Shown here: positions 32,093-41,557 of the stretch, in pieces
How the letters are laid out: each line of letters begins with the position of its first letter
Numbering within the stretch: position 1 is the stretch's first letter
Source of the DNA: Christensenellaceae bacterium
GTDB taxonomy: Bacteria; Bacillota; Clostridia; Christensenellales; UBA1242
Direction of reading: 5' to 3'
Length of the DNA: 56,435 nucleotides
Assembly: GCA_031262595.1 (NCBI GenBank)
Contig: JAISHI010000028.1
Location: 1 to 56,435, forward strand
Made by a program: the position numbers and the translations under genes
The notes under the pieces: generated by a model
What the model saw: only the letters and a program-made list of their open reading frames with translations
Databases searched by the model: none
Told to the model about the DNA's origin: nothing

Positions 32093-32184
32093 AAGGCATA
32101 ATACATTTATAATTACAACTATGTCAACACATAATTTTAGAACTAAACGTATCCATCTCGCGTGTATTGATTATACTTGTAATA

Positions 32185-32436
32185 ATGGAACTATTGAATG
32201 TGCGAGAGGCTGTTGCTAAACGAATTAGCGAATTATTGAAAGAAAAGAAAATGACGCGGTATGCGCTCTCGCGCAAAGCTATAATAAATCAAGCGACATT
32301 GCATAACGTCATGATTGGCCCTTGCAAAAGCATAAACCTAAATACAATCTTCGTTTTAGCCGAGGCATTAGATATGACTATGGTCGAATTTTTCGACAGC
32401 CCGCTCTTCGATTACGAAAACATCGAAACGAATTAA
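32185..32436 (+). CDS. Small XRE-family HTH regulator
   Basis: AVAKRISELL..TRYALS..QATL..SINLNTI..EFFDSPLF. Confidence 0.85.
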   Translation: MELLNVREAVAKRISELLKEKKMTRYALSRKAIINQATLHNVMIGPCKSINLNTIFVLAEALDMTMVEFFDSPLFDYENIETN

Positions 32437-32496
32437 GGCTAACGCGATTTCGCCACGCAGTATTGACTTTTTAGGTTAAATTAGTTATAGTTATGC

Positions 32497-32952
32497 ATGG
32501 ATATATTTAAAAACAACGGCGACGGCTTTTCTTTTGACGAGGAATTCGCGGAAAGCGTTAGAGGCATGAATTACGGCGCGATGCGGGAAGCTGCTGAGCA
32601 AGATGAAGACTATAAACATGAGACTCTTTATACCGCGGATATGCTTTTAAGGAAGTCTATACTTAAAGACACTAAATGGGATCTTAGAATTAAGCAGTTG
32701 GCTCTTCTCCCGGGTGTCGGTGGTGTTGTTGCCGCAGTCGCGGGTTATCCTGCCGAAGGCATAGGGTTGAGCGCGGCGAGCTTGGGGGTTGCGTTCGTCG
32801 TGCCACCAGTAGTTCAAGCTATCCGCCACCCCGAAATCATGAAGGAAAAGTTGCGTCATATCGCCAACCATACGGTCATCATGGCTAAGTCGCTAAGAAC
32901 TCCACATGAACCAGAATACGACGAAATAAAAGACCGCTACGTTCCGCGATAA
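32497..32952 (+). CDS. Orphan protein with a hydrophobic hairpin
   Basis: TTGACT-17-TATAGT 5 nt before ATG; terminator 32971-32996. Confidence 0.6.
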   Translation: MDIFKNNGDGFSFDEEFAESVRGMNYGAMREAAEQDEDYKHETLYTADMLLRKSILKDTKWDLRIKQLALLPGVGGVVAAVAGYPAEGIGLSAASLGVAFVVPPVVQAIRHPEIMKEKLRHIANHTVIMAKSLRTPHEPEYDEIKDRYVPR

Positions 32953-33004
32953 TACTTTCGATAAATAACAAAAAAGGCGCCCAAAACGCCTTTTTTAATG
33001 AGTT

Positions 33005-33838
33005 TTATGATTTTCCGCCGTAAATCAGCCCGACAACCCAAAGAACTAGGCGTTTCGGTAAAAGCCTGTTTAGGAAACAAAAGAGTTTGTATTTCGCGCC
33101 GATGATAATAAGCGGCGGCGATTTGCGTTTCGAGACAACGCGCCCGATAACTTCGCCGACGACGGAGGCGCTCATTCCGTTTTGCTCGTCTTTTTCCATA
33201 ACTTTAACGCTTTGCGCGATGCGCGCGCCGTAAAACTCCTCGCCCGCCTCGTTTTTCTTGCGGTTTTTAGTAAATCCGGATTTTATATCGCCGAGCATAA
33301 AAACCGTTATATCTATACCGAACGGTTTAACCTCGGTCGAGAGCCCTTCCGCAAAAGTTTGCAGCGCGGATTTTGACGCGGAATAGAAGGCTTGGAACGG
33401 CAGGGCGAAAACGCTCCCGCAACTCGAAATAAAGCCGATTTTCCCGAACCCTTGTTCGCGCATCTTCGCGATAACCGCTTGGCTCGCCCAAACTGCGCCG
33501 AAAAAGTTAACGTCGAGTTGACGCCTAATCTCGGCTTCGGTGTTAAACTCCGCCGCACCGGAAATTCCCATGCCGGCGTTATTTATAAGGACGTCGAGGC
33601 GCGTTTCCTTCGCGAAAAACTTAGTGAATGTCGCGTCAACGACCTCTTTCTTAGAAACGTCGCAAAAAACAAACTCTAAGCCCAAATTCTTATCCGCGGG
33701 TTCGTCCAACCCAAACGCATAGACCTTATAACCGCGTTTAATTAGCGACTTCGAGATTTCTAAGCCGATGCCGCTGCTTCCGCCCGTTATTATCGCGACT
33801 TTTTGCGTCGTTTCTTTAATTTCCTTTTGTTTCGTCAT
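33005..33838 (-). CDS. SDR oxidoreductase (candidate 3-ketosphinganine reductase)
   Basis: TGGSSGIG, NNAG, YSASK; overlaps the SPT-like gene. Confidence 0.85.
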   Translation of the reverse strand: MTKQKEIKETTQKVAIITGGSSGIGLEISKSLIKRGYKVYAFGLDEPADKNLGLEFVFCDVSKKEVVDATFTKFFAKETRLDVLINNAGMGISGAAEFNTEAEIRRQLDVNFFGAVWASQAVIAKMREQGFGKIGFISSCGSVFALPFQAFYSASKSALQTFAEGLSTEVKPFGIDITVFMLGDIKSGFTKNRKKNEAGEEFYGARIAQSVKVMEKDEQNGMSASVVGEVIGRVVSKRKSPPLIIIGAKYKLFCFLNRLLPKRLVLWVVGLIYGGKS

Positions 33839-35024
33839 TTAAAAGCCCTAATTCCTTAAAAACTTTTCCGATTTTCGCGAGCGCGCGGTCGATAAGTTCC
33901 TCGGTGTGCGTCGCCATATAACTCGTGCGGATTAAGCACTCCCCCTCCGGCGTCGCTGGCGGAAACACAGGGTTAACGTAAACGCCTTCCTCGAAAAGCG
34001 CCTTACAAACCGCGAGCGTGCGCTCCATTTCGTAGGTGTAAATCGGGATAATAGGGATAATGTCGTCGGCGGAACGGTATTTAATCCCGAGTTTGTCGAG
34101 CCCGCGGCGCATATATTGCGAGATATGGCGCAAATTTTTCGTTCGGCTGTCATCGCGCATAAGAATTTCGAGCGCCTTTGTTGTGCAAGCGATGTTTGAC
34201 GGCGGAATCGATGCGCAAAAGATATATGGGCGCGAGGTATGGCGAATAAATTCCGCAACCTCCGCCGAACAAGCGCAAAATCCGCCCATAGACGCGAGCG
34301 ACTTCGAAAACGTTCCCATGATAATGTCAACCTTGTCGGTTAACCCAAAATGGTCGGCGGTTCCGCGCCCGTGGTCGCCCAAAACGCCGAACCCATGCGC
34401 ATCGTCAACCATAACCCGCGCGTTGTATTTCTCCGCGAGCGCAACAATTTCCGGCAACTTCGCGATATCGCCGCTCATCGAGAAAACGCCGTCAGTTACG
34501 ATTAACTTGCCCTTATCCTCCGGCGCGACCGCGAGCTTCGCTTCGAGTTCTTCCATGTTCGCGTGCTCATAGCGTTCGAGTTTCGCATAACTTAAACGGC
34601 AACCGTCATAAATCGACGCGTGGTTTTCCTTGTCGCAAAAAATTATGTCGTTGCGCCCCGCGATTGCGGAAAGTATGCCGAGGTTCGTTTGGAAACCCGT
34701 GCCGAACGTTATAACGTCGTCTTTATGTAAAAATTCGGCTAACATTTTCTCAAATTTCGTATGCGCAACGAGCGTTCCGTTTAAAAATCTCGACCCCGAG
34801 CAACCCGAACCAAACTCATCGAGCGCCTTTTTGCCGGCTTCGATAACTTCTTCGTTGCAAGTCAACCCCAAATAGTTATTCGAGCCAATCATAATAAGGT
34901 CGCGCCCGCTCATCTTAACCTCGGTATTTTGCATCGTTTCAAGCTCGTGGAAATAAGGGTATAACCCCGCCTCTTTCATTTCTCTCGAAAGAGTAAAATC
35001 ACTACATTTTTTAAATAAGTCCAT
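33816..35024 (-). CDS. Alpha-oxoamine synthase, most like bacterial serine palmitoyltransferase
   Basis: GLYPYF..QNTEV..GSNNYLGL, GSRFLNGT, DGVFSMSGD, DDAH, GTFSKSL (PLP Lys), VNPVFPPA. Confidence 0.75.
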   Translation of the reverse strand: MDLFKKCSDFTLSREMKEAGLYPYFHELETMQNTEVKMSGRDLIMIGSNNYLGLTCNEEVIEAGKKALDEFGSGCSGSRFLNGTLVAHTKFEKMLAEFLHKDDVITFGTGFQTNLGILSAIAGRNDIIFCDKENHASIYDGCRLSYAKLERYEHANMEELEAKLAVAPEDKGKLIVTDGVFSMSGDIAKLPEIVALAEKYNARVMVDDAHGFGVLGDHGRGTADHFGLTDKVDIIMGTFSKSLASMGGFCACSAEVAEFIRHTSRPYIFCASIPPSNIACTTKALEILMRDDSRTKNLRHISQYMRRGLDKLGIKYRSADDIIPIIPIYTYEMERTLAVCKALFEEGVYVNPVFPPATPEGECLIRTSYMATHTEELIDRALAKIGKVFKELGLLNDETKGN

Positions 35025-35087
35025 GAAGAACTATACAACGCGTGTCGAATTTTGGCAAACGGTAATCTTGAACGCCTGCTTAAACGC

Positions 35088-35657
35088 TTACTTAAACTCC
35101 CATTTAAAGATATGGCAATTCGGGCAGTCGCGATTAAACTCGCTGTAATCGTTGTCTTTCGGCTCGCCCTCGAAATAACCGCGCAAAACCATTCCTGAGG
35201 TTTGATGCCCAACGATTAGAATATCCTCGCCGTGATAGGTCTTTTTTAGTTCGTCAAGGAACTCGTAAACCATTGGCTTGTAATTCTTAACTAAATCCTC
35301 GAACATTTCTTTATTATTATCCGCTTTGTATTTTTCCCATTGTTGCGCGTCCGTCATTCCGTCCGGGCATTGCCATTCGCGCAACCGCTCGTCGATAATC
35401 GGCTCTAACTCTAAACCCAAAGTTCTCAAAATTATCTCACAAGTTTCCCGCGCCCTCAAAAACGGGCTGCAATAAACCTTATCGAACTTTATGCCTTTAA
35501 AATTCTCGGCGGCGGCCTTCGCTTGCTCTTTCCCAACTTCCGTAATTTTCGTATTGCGATCCGCTATCCGCCTATTTACATAGGTTTCGGGATTATAATC
35601 GGGCTGCTTAAAACGAACGTTGCGCTCGCTCTGCCCGTGCCTAATATAATAGATCAT
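35088..35657 (-). CDS. Histidine phosphatase family protein
   Basis: RHGQS, SPFLRARET, RLRE, IVGH. Confidence 0.9.
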   Translation of the reverse strand: MIYYIRHGQSERNVRFKQPDYNPETYVNRRIADRNTKITEVGKEQAKAAAENFKGIKFDKVYCSPFLRARETCEIILRTLGLELEPIIDERLREWQCPDGMTDAQQWEKYKADNNKEMFEDLVKNYKPMVYEFLDELKKTYHGEDILIVGHQTSGMVLRGYFEGEPKDNDYSEFNRDCPNCHIFKWEFK

Positions 35658-35758
35658 ATTTTAAGTTTACTCTAACAATCGAGCAAATCAAAACTAAAAT
35701 TTAGTGAATAAATGAAAAAGTGAAGAGTGAAAAGTTAAAAAATCCCCATTTGGGGATT

Positions 35759-35811
35759 TTTTGGTAGGGCTAAGTGGACTTGAACCACTGACCCCCGCCT
35801 TATCAGAGCGG
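35759..35811 (-). repeat. att site: 53-bp direct repeat of the tRNA-Ile 3' part
   Basis: Identical to 42884-42936; abuts the displaced tRNA terminator at 35737-35762. Confidence 0.95.
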
Positions 35812-35915
35812 GTGGCAAGAGTAAAGATATAAACCCTAAATAATAGCGGAAATGCTTATATTTATTGGTTAAAACAAGTATATAGAAAGGCGACTATCAT
35901 AAAGTTAAATAAAAT

Positions 35916-35941
35916 TTGGACCTTATTTTGGACCTTATGGG
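35916..35941 (+). repeat. Tandem TTGGACCTTAT repeats, likely integrase arm sites
   Basis: Two copies here and two at 42789-42812 near the other att. Confidence 0.75.
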
Positions 35942-36092
35942 TTATTTTTTGACAGTTTGCCCGTCTAAAACTGCCTATTTCTGTCTATGTCGCTTGTGGT
36001 GGAAATGTGTGGTTTTTGGGAAGCCGCCCTTAAGTTTATATATAAAATATAATAATAGAAAATTTATGATAGTTAGAATTGGAGAAGATAAA

Positions 36093-37034
36093 ATGAAGAG
36101 TAATTATGAAAATTTAGTTGAGAATCTGTTTGAGAATACAAGTAGAGAAACCTTTGAAAGGTTAAAAAATAAAATATGGAAAAAGGAGAAAATTAAAATG
36201 ACAATTTATGGTGATAAAGCCGAGATAAAGACAAGGCGAACCAACAAAATGCCGAGGGTTAGAAATATTGGCGGCGGTGAGTATGTGGTTTTGAGTAGCG
36301 GCGAGATAAAAAAATACAAGAAAAATAAGAATCGCGGCGACAATGAGTTCAATCTAAGGAAAACTAATGAGCGAATAAAGCAAGTTGCAATGACGAACAC
36401 GAAAAGCCTTAATAAAATTTTATTTATGACGCCGTCTTATAACGGAGACTATAACGATAGAAAGAATGATATAAGTAGGTTAAAGCAAGACGGCAAATAT
36501 TTAATCAAAAAGTTAAGAGAGCGATATAAAGACGAGTTTGGGCAGTTAGAGTATATGGCGGTTACAGAGCCCTATGAGAACGGCGGATACCACCAACACT
36601 ATATTTTATTTTTTAATGAATCCCCTACTAAGGTTTTTATAGATTGGAAAGAAGTCGAAGAGTTATGGGGGTATGGCAATGTTGCAATGGGACAACCAAT
36701 AAATAAAGAACAAGTATATAGATATCTCGCGCCGTATGACGCAAAGGGCGGCGACAGCGACCAAGAGAAAATGGGAAAGAAATATGGCCGCCAAATGGCA
36801 ATGCCGAGCGGAACGCGCATCGTAGATATGTCGCGTGGGCTCGAAAAGCCAAGAGAAGTTATTTTAACCTATTGGGAAGCCGAACAAGAGTTGCAGAAAG
36901 AAAAATTTGATATCGCCTCCCCCGAACAAAGCCAATGGGTAAATAAAATTAAAGACAATAATGGCGACCCTGTTATGAGTTTTATGACAATCAAAAATGA
37001 ATATGAAAAGATAATAAGGCGTCAATTTAATTGA
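36093..37034 (+). CDS. Rolling-circle replication initiator / HUH endonuclease
   Basis: Motif I FMTPSY, motif II EPYENGGYHQHYILF, motif III YLAPY; start may be 36093 or 36198. Confidence 0.8.
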   Translation: MKSNYENLVENLFENTSRETFERLKNKIWKKEKIKMTIYGDKAEIKTRRTNKMPRVRNIGGGEYVVLSSGEIKKYKKNKNRGDNEFNLRKTNERIKQVAMTNTKSLNKILFMTPSYNGDYNDRKNDISRLKQDGKYLIKKLRERYKDEFGQLEYMAVTEPYENGGYHQHYILFFNESPTKVFIDWKEVEELWGYGNVAMGQPINKEQVYRYLAPYDAKGGDSDQEKMGKKYGRQMAMPSGTRIVDMSRGLEKPREVILTYWEAEQELQKEKFDIASPEQSQWVNKIKDNNGDPVMSFMTIKNEYEKIIRRQFN

Positions 37035-37075
37035 TCCTTGTAGAGAAAAATAAATAGAATTTATGGAGTTTAAAA

Positions 37076-37666
37076 ATGAACAAAGAAAAACAAAAAGCAA
37101 TGATAAATTTAGTTTTAGAGGACAAGATAGATACAAGATATTTACAAAGGCAATTATTTATTGGGTATGAAAAAGCCTTGTTATTGGCGAACGCAATGAT
37201 TGAGTATGGCGCGGTGAGTGCGGAAGGGTTTGTCGCAAAGAAACAAATGGAAAGGTTTATAGTGCCAATGCTAAAACTATGCGAAACCGATTTTATTTTA
37301 ATGCATTATGAAAAGAATATGACAGTTTTTCAAAGGGTGATTGACGGCGCATACAGCGGCGCGTTGCGCTTGGGGAGACAACATAAGGACGATTTTATGG
37401 AGCGTGTGCGCGAGTTTGTCGGCGATTGCGAACTTATGATATTGGCGGCGAGTGTCGCGGAAATTGTAAAGATTTTAATGCCCGATTTTGGGAGTTTAAC
37501 TATGGAGGAGTTGGCGGAGGAATTGGGTTTACCCGCCGTTGACGAGATAAGCGCGATTGTAGAGATATTTAAATATTTTCAATGCCTATGGGGTGCAACA
37601 AAATTTAACAACAGCGAGCCAATAGAGTTAAATAATCCAGTAAAAATGAGTGCCCGAAATGCTTGA
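37076..37666 (+). CDS. Protein with N-terminal FtsK-gamma-like winged helix
   Basis: DTRYLQRQLFIGYEKA..MIEYGAVS resembles FtsK-gamma LQRRLRIGYNRA. Confidence 0.55.
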   Translation: MNKEKQKAMINLVLEDKIDTRYLQRQLFIGYEKALLLANAMIEYGAVSAEGFVAKKQMERFIVPMLKLCETDFILMHYEKNMTVFQRVIDGAYSGALRLGRQHKDDFMERVREFVGDCELMILAASVAEIVKILMPDFGSLTMEELAEELGLPAVDEISAIVEIFKYFQCLWGATKFNNSEPIELNNPVKMSARNA

Positions 37667-37837
37667 TTAGTGCTAATATGACCACTGCCGAGCCGAGAAT
37701 CGCCATATTCGTGAGGTCACGAAAACAGTAGCTGCGGACGAGCGAGCTTGGGATTTACTGACGTCAATAAGTCCTAAAAAGAACGGACAATAGACGAATA
37801 ATTATATGAAGTGGCGGTTAGAGCAATAACCGCTTTT

Positions 37838-38149
37838 TTATTTGACCTTTAATAAGTCAATGGCGAGTTGTTTTCTATCCGGAGTGGCGGATTTTAATAA
37901 AGTTAATAACTCCTTGTCCGTTTTATAGTCCGCGATATTATCATAAAACAGCTCTTGAAAGTTTGAATTGACAGCCTCCAAAATTTCAATCATTGTCTCG
38001 AAACTTGGGGCAAACGACTTGTCGCTTTCTAGTTTGTGGCAATAGCCTTCTGCCTTACCGATTCGCAACGACAATTTTCGAGCCGAGAGATTCGCGCGAT
38101 TTCTTAAGTAAGCAATCCTATTTACTAGTTCGTTAACATTAAATTCCAT
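37838..38149 (-). CDS. XRE-family regulator of the element
   Basis: RIAYLR..LSARKLSLRIGK..PSFETM. Confidence 0.85.
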   Translation of the reverse strand: MEFNVNELVNRIAYLRNRANLSARKLSLRIGKAEGYCHKLESDKSFAPSFETMIEILEAVNSNFQELFYDNIADYKTDKELLTLLKSATPDRKQLAIDLLKVK

Positions 38150-38279
38150 AATTGGAGTTTATAAAACAGCCAAATAGAAACCTGTCCCGTGATATAACCA
38201 AAATATCCACTAACAAAATAAAATATAGAGTTATACGATATATTGTTGATTTTTGTCGAGTGATACTCTATTATTAAGT

Positions 38280-39992
38280 ATGTTAAGAGTGAGAAATTTA
38301 TTTGTAGTGTCGTTTATGCTATTGGCAACATTTTTTTTGACGGCTTGCGGAACAGATAAGTCTTATTCAACCTCCTCTTGGAGTAGTAGTGAAGAGTATA
38401 TTTATGATCAAATTTCAGTAACCTCCTATCTAGATACAGCTTTAGGCTTTCAAATTAGTATTCTTGATATTAAAATTGGTATTGGTAAAGCCGTTATCGA
38501 GTATGATGCTCGTAGGCTATTTCGTGAATATAGTGACGACTGTAAAATTATGCTATACAAACTTACTGCGCCAACAGCAACGACAACGATAGCTGATATA
38601 ACTTTAGAGTATTTATACACACTCAATACCACAAAGCAAGAGGAAGAAATAACGCAATCTGGTGATTATATATTGAAATTTTTTGATAATAGCTATAGTT
38701 TGGTAGCAGAAGAAGCATTTACAATCGAGCCCGCAGAATTGGAAGACTATTTTGAAATCACTACTACGGGCTCCGAGCTCACAGTGCAATATTTTCCAGG
38801 ACTATACTCTTTTTTAGGAGGAACGTGTGCGATAGAATTAAGACCAACCAACCCTGAGAGTTCTAGTTTTCACGTAGAGCCCATACAAAGTGACGACCGC
38901 GGCGGAGGCTTTACTATTGGCGGTGCTGTTAGCAACTGCAATTTTTCAATTATTGCAAATCACGGCAGCCGCAACGCCGCTATTGTTTATGATATTCCCC
39001 TTTTCGGTGGCAACTCAAAAACAGGTGGCAATGTGGGCGGTAACACAATAGATCCTAATGCCTTATATCAAATAATAATTGCTGCCGTGATAATTTTATT
39101 AAATATACTATTTATGATTTTATCTTTACGAGCTTGGAGGAAAAAGGTAAAAACACTTTTATATACGGTGCCAAGAACAACCGAACAAATGCAATTGTTT
39201 TTAGAATCCAAATCATATGCAAAATTTGATAAGAGAACTAAAAAATACAAGGCATATATGTTGTCCTTACTCGTGGTAAGTATGGGCTTGTCCGCGGTGG
39301 GAATTATACTTGGCTTGTTGTTTGTGCCTATGGGGTTAACAATCCTTACTGTAATAAGTGGAATGATTTGTTCTTGGTTTATTTTTGCAACTTTTGTTTC
39401 AGGATCAAAAAAGTTCGTTATTGATCGTGGCGAATGTCTTATTTGCGGTGGAAATGCTGATATAACTGACGTTAAGTTTCTAAGAACTGATAAACAAACG
39501 CGAGAAGTTGCAAGAGACGCAGCTCTTAAAAAAGTTTTAGGCAATAACGAGCGCATCGTAAGCACAACGCAGCGATATGAGAAACCTAAATATGGCAACC
39601 TCCCCGCTAAACTTGTTGTGTATGACCTTATTGAAACTATAAACGAAATGTATGAAGTAAGTTATAAGTGCAACCAATGCGGCGAAATTTGGAAAGCCGA
39701 AGAGGCGCGAAACGATAGACCGCCAGAGATAACCTCGGCAGGTGAAAACAATGAGGCAAAAACGAAAAGCGAAGAAACAAAACCTATCGAAATTATTGAT
39801 AACTCTAAATATGTTTTTTGCGTGGAGTGCGGAAAGAAAAATAAATTAACCAACAGTAAATGCGACAGTTGCGGCAACGCTTTAATAAAACCAATATCGA
39901 TTAAAACAATATTTTGTGCCTATTGCGGAGCAAAGAATAATTTCGATAAGGAGGTTTGTGAAGAGTGTCATAAAGAATTATTAAAGAAGTAG
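38280..39992 (+). CDS. Lipoprotein-signal multi-pass membrane protein with C-terminal zinc ribbons (cargo)
   Basis: Lipobox LTA-C, ~250-aa extracellular region, 3 TM, six CxxC motifs. Confidence 0.7.
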   Translation: MLRVRNLFVVSFMLLATFFLTACGTDKSYSTSSWSSSEEYIYDQISVTSYLDTALGFQISILDIKIGIGKAVIEYDARRLFREYSDDCKIMLYKLTAPTATTTIADITLEYLYTLNTTKQEEEITQSGDYILKFFDNSYSLVAEEAFTIEPAELEDYFEITTTGSELTVQYFPGLYSFLGGTCAIELRPTNPESSSFHVEPIQSDDRGGGFTIGGAVSNCNFSIIANHGSRNAAIVYDIPLFGGNSKTGGNVGGNTIDPNALYQIIIAAVIILLNILFMILSLRAWRKKVKTLLYTVPRTTEQMQLFLESKSYAKFDKRTKKYKAYMLSLLVVSMGLSAVGIILGLLFVPMGLTILTVISGMICSWFIFATFVSGSKKFVIDRGECLICGGNADITDVKFLRTDKQTREVARDAALKKVLGNNERIVSTTQRYEKPKYGNLPAKLVVYDLIETINEMYEVSYKCNQCGEIWKAEEARNDRPPEITSAGENNEAKTKSEETKPIEIIDNSKYVFCVECGKKNKLTNSKCDSCGNALIKPISIKTIFCAYCGAKNNFDKEVCEECHKELLKK

Positions 39993-40059
39993 TCTAGTTT
40001 AAGTAGATAAAGGAAAAACAAAAACACGAAATTTAAAAACAATAAAAGGAAAAATAAAA

Positions 40060-40335
40060 ATGGGCGGAGACGAACAAATAAAAGATTGGGACTATAAAGA
40101 CACAGCGATAGAAATATTAAAAGGGTGGAATTTAATTGGTTATTGTGAAATGCACGGAGTAACCATAGATAATGGTTATAGAAGCAATGACCCTGAAGTA
40201 TATAAAAAAGTGGTTTATTCTTTTAAGAAAAAATACCCAAATGAAGATTTGGGGTTGTTTAAAGATAAGGTAAAAGAAGTTTTAGATGAAACTGCAGTAA
40301 GTTGCCCTGCATGCGATTCAATATTGGCAGACTAA
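40060..40335 (+). CDS. Small hypothetical protein with CxxH/CxxC
   Basis: AAGGA SD; CEMHG..CPAC. Confidence 0.6.
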   Translation: MGGDEQIKDWDYKDTAIEILKGWNLIGYCEMHGVTIDNGYRSNDPEVYKKVVYSFKKKYPNEDLGLFKDKVKEVLDETAVSCPACDSILAD

Positions 40336-40402
40336 TTTCGCTTCCCAGCTCGAAACTTTTATGATATTGTCCCGGTCCCGGAATTAAAGGAGCCGGTAGA
40401 TA

Positions 40403-40579
40403 ATGGAAAAAATATTTGAAGAAGGCGAAGAACCGAAAAGCAAGGAAAAGGAATTTGAAGAGTTGCTGATAATGCTTTTGGAGGAATTGTTTTGCAGGCA
40501 GATACACAATAGGTTAGAGTTGGCGATTCAAACCTTTGACGTCGCGGAATTAAGAAAAATCTTTTTAGAAAGCCAATAA
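40403..40579 (+). CDS. Small acidic hypothetical protein (58 aa, below the ORF-track cutoff)
   Basis: AAAGGAG upstream; MEKIFEEGEEPK...RKIFLESQ. Confidence 0.4.
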   Translation: MEKIFEEGEEPKSKEKEFEELLIMLLEELFCRQIHNRLELAIQTFDVAELRKIFLESQ

Positions 40580-40694
40580 TCGCCACCAGAAGCCACCGGA
40601 GGCACCGCCAGCCGCTAGCTGCCCTTTTCCCGAGTAAGTTATAGTGAAATGAAAGAATCGCCCAGATTGGCAACCAGAGCCCTAGAATCGATCA

Positions 40695-41057
40695 CTAGCC
40701 CTTTGGGGTGAATACTGAATAGAAGGAATCTTTGCCGCCGTTAAGTTGATAGAAAGCCGCTAAAAGATTTAGGCACAGTTTGAAGCCTGTCATATCTTTG
40801 TTCGCGCCGTTGAGATAGTTAGCAAGAACGTTTTTAGAGATATTGATTTTTTGCGAAAATGCCTTTTGCGAGAATTTAATTTTTTTATTTTTAAGTATAG
40901 AAAGTTGTGCATCATACCACCGAATAAAGTCAGTAACCTCAATTGGCGAGAAATCGTCCAAGGTTGGGGTTTTTTCATTTTTTATAGGGCGCTCAGTCGG
41001 ATCGAGATAAAAATCTTCTGCCTCCGATTCCTCAAAAAATACTTCAAATTCATACAT
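40695..41057 (-). CDS. HTH-containing regulator divergent from xis-int
   Basis: FSQKAFSQKINISKNVLANYLNG. Confidence 0.55.
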   Translation of the reverse strand: MYEFEVFFEESEAEDFYLDPTERPIKNEKTPTLDDFSPIEVTDFIRWYDAQLSILKNKKIKFSQKAFSQKINISKNVLANYLNGANKDMTGFKLCLNLLAAFYQLNGGKDSFYSVFTPKG

Positions 41058-41317
41058 AATTTTAATTATACAATAAAATAAATCCCTTGTATATGGGATT
41101 TTTTGTCAATTTGTCCAAAAAACTCCAAAAATAGAACTTCCAAACTGACTATTAAGCTAGACGGAGGTATTGCAATGAATAGCAGCTAATTAGTTGACAA
41201 CAAGCAGGACTAGAGGTATTCCAGGGACCTGAAATTTTGGAAGGAGAAAAAAAATGATATTAAAGAAAAATGTGCAATATTTGGGGATTAGCACGATAGG
41301 AAGTAGAGAAGAAGATT

Positions 41318-41557
41318 ATGGATACAAGTTTGGCAGCGATTTTGATAGAAAAAGAAGCAGAAAGATACGCCACAAAATATAACAAAGATTTTTTAGATAT
41401 TAAAGATTTACAAGAGCTTATGGGATTGGGTAGGGAAAATATAACAGCGTTGATACAGCGCGAGGATTTCCCCTCGATACAACAAAATAGACGGTGGATA
41501 GTTGGCATAATGGAGTTTGTAGTTTGGAGAATGCGCGAAGGAGGAATATTAAAATGA
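41318..41557 (+). CDS. Excisionase-like helix-turn-helix protein
   Basis: FLDIKDLQELMGLGRE..FPSIQ..WIV; ATGA overlap with the integrase. Confidence 0.75.
   Translation: MDTSLAAILIEKEAERYATKYNKDFLDIKDLQELMGLGRENITALIQREDFPSIQQNRRWIVGIMEFVVWRMREGGILK

Noticed and set aside
33816-35024. BioF or Kbl annotation
   Set aside because: Lacks the Kbl SVRFICGT motif, has no bio/tdh context, and the N-terminus fits Bacteroides-type SPT better; not fully excluded.
35762-35811. Second tRNA-Ile gene
   Set aside because: Lacks the 5' acceptor strand and D-arm; it is the att duplication.
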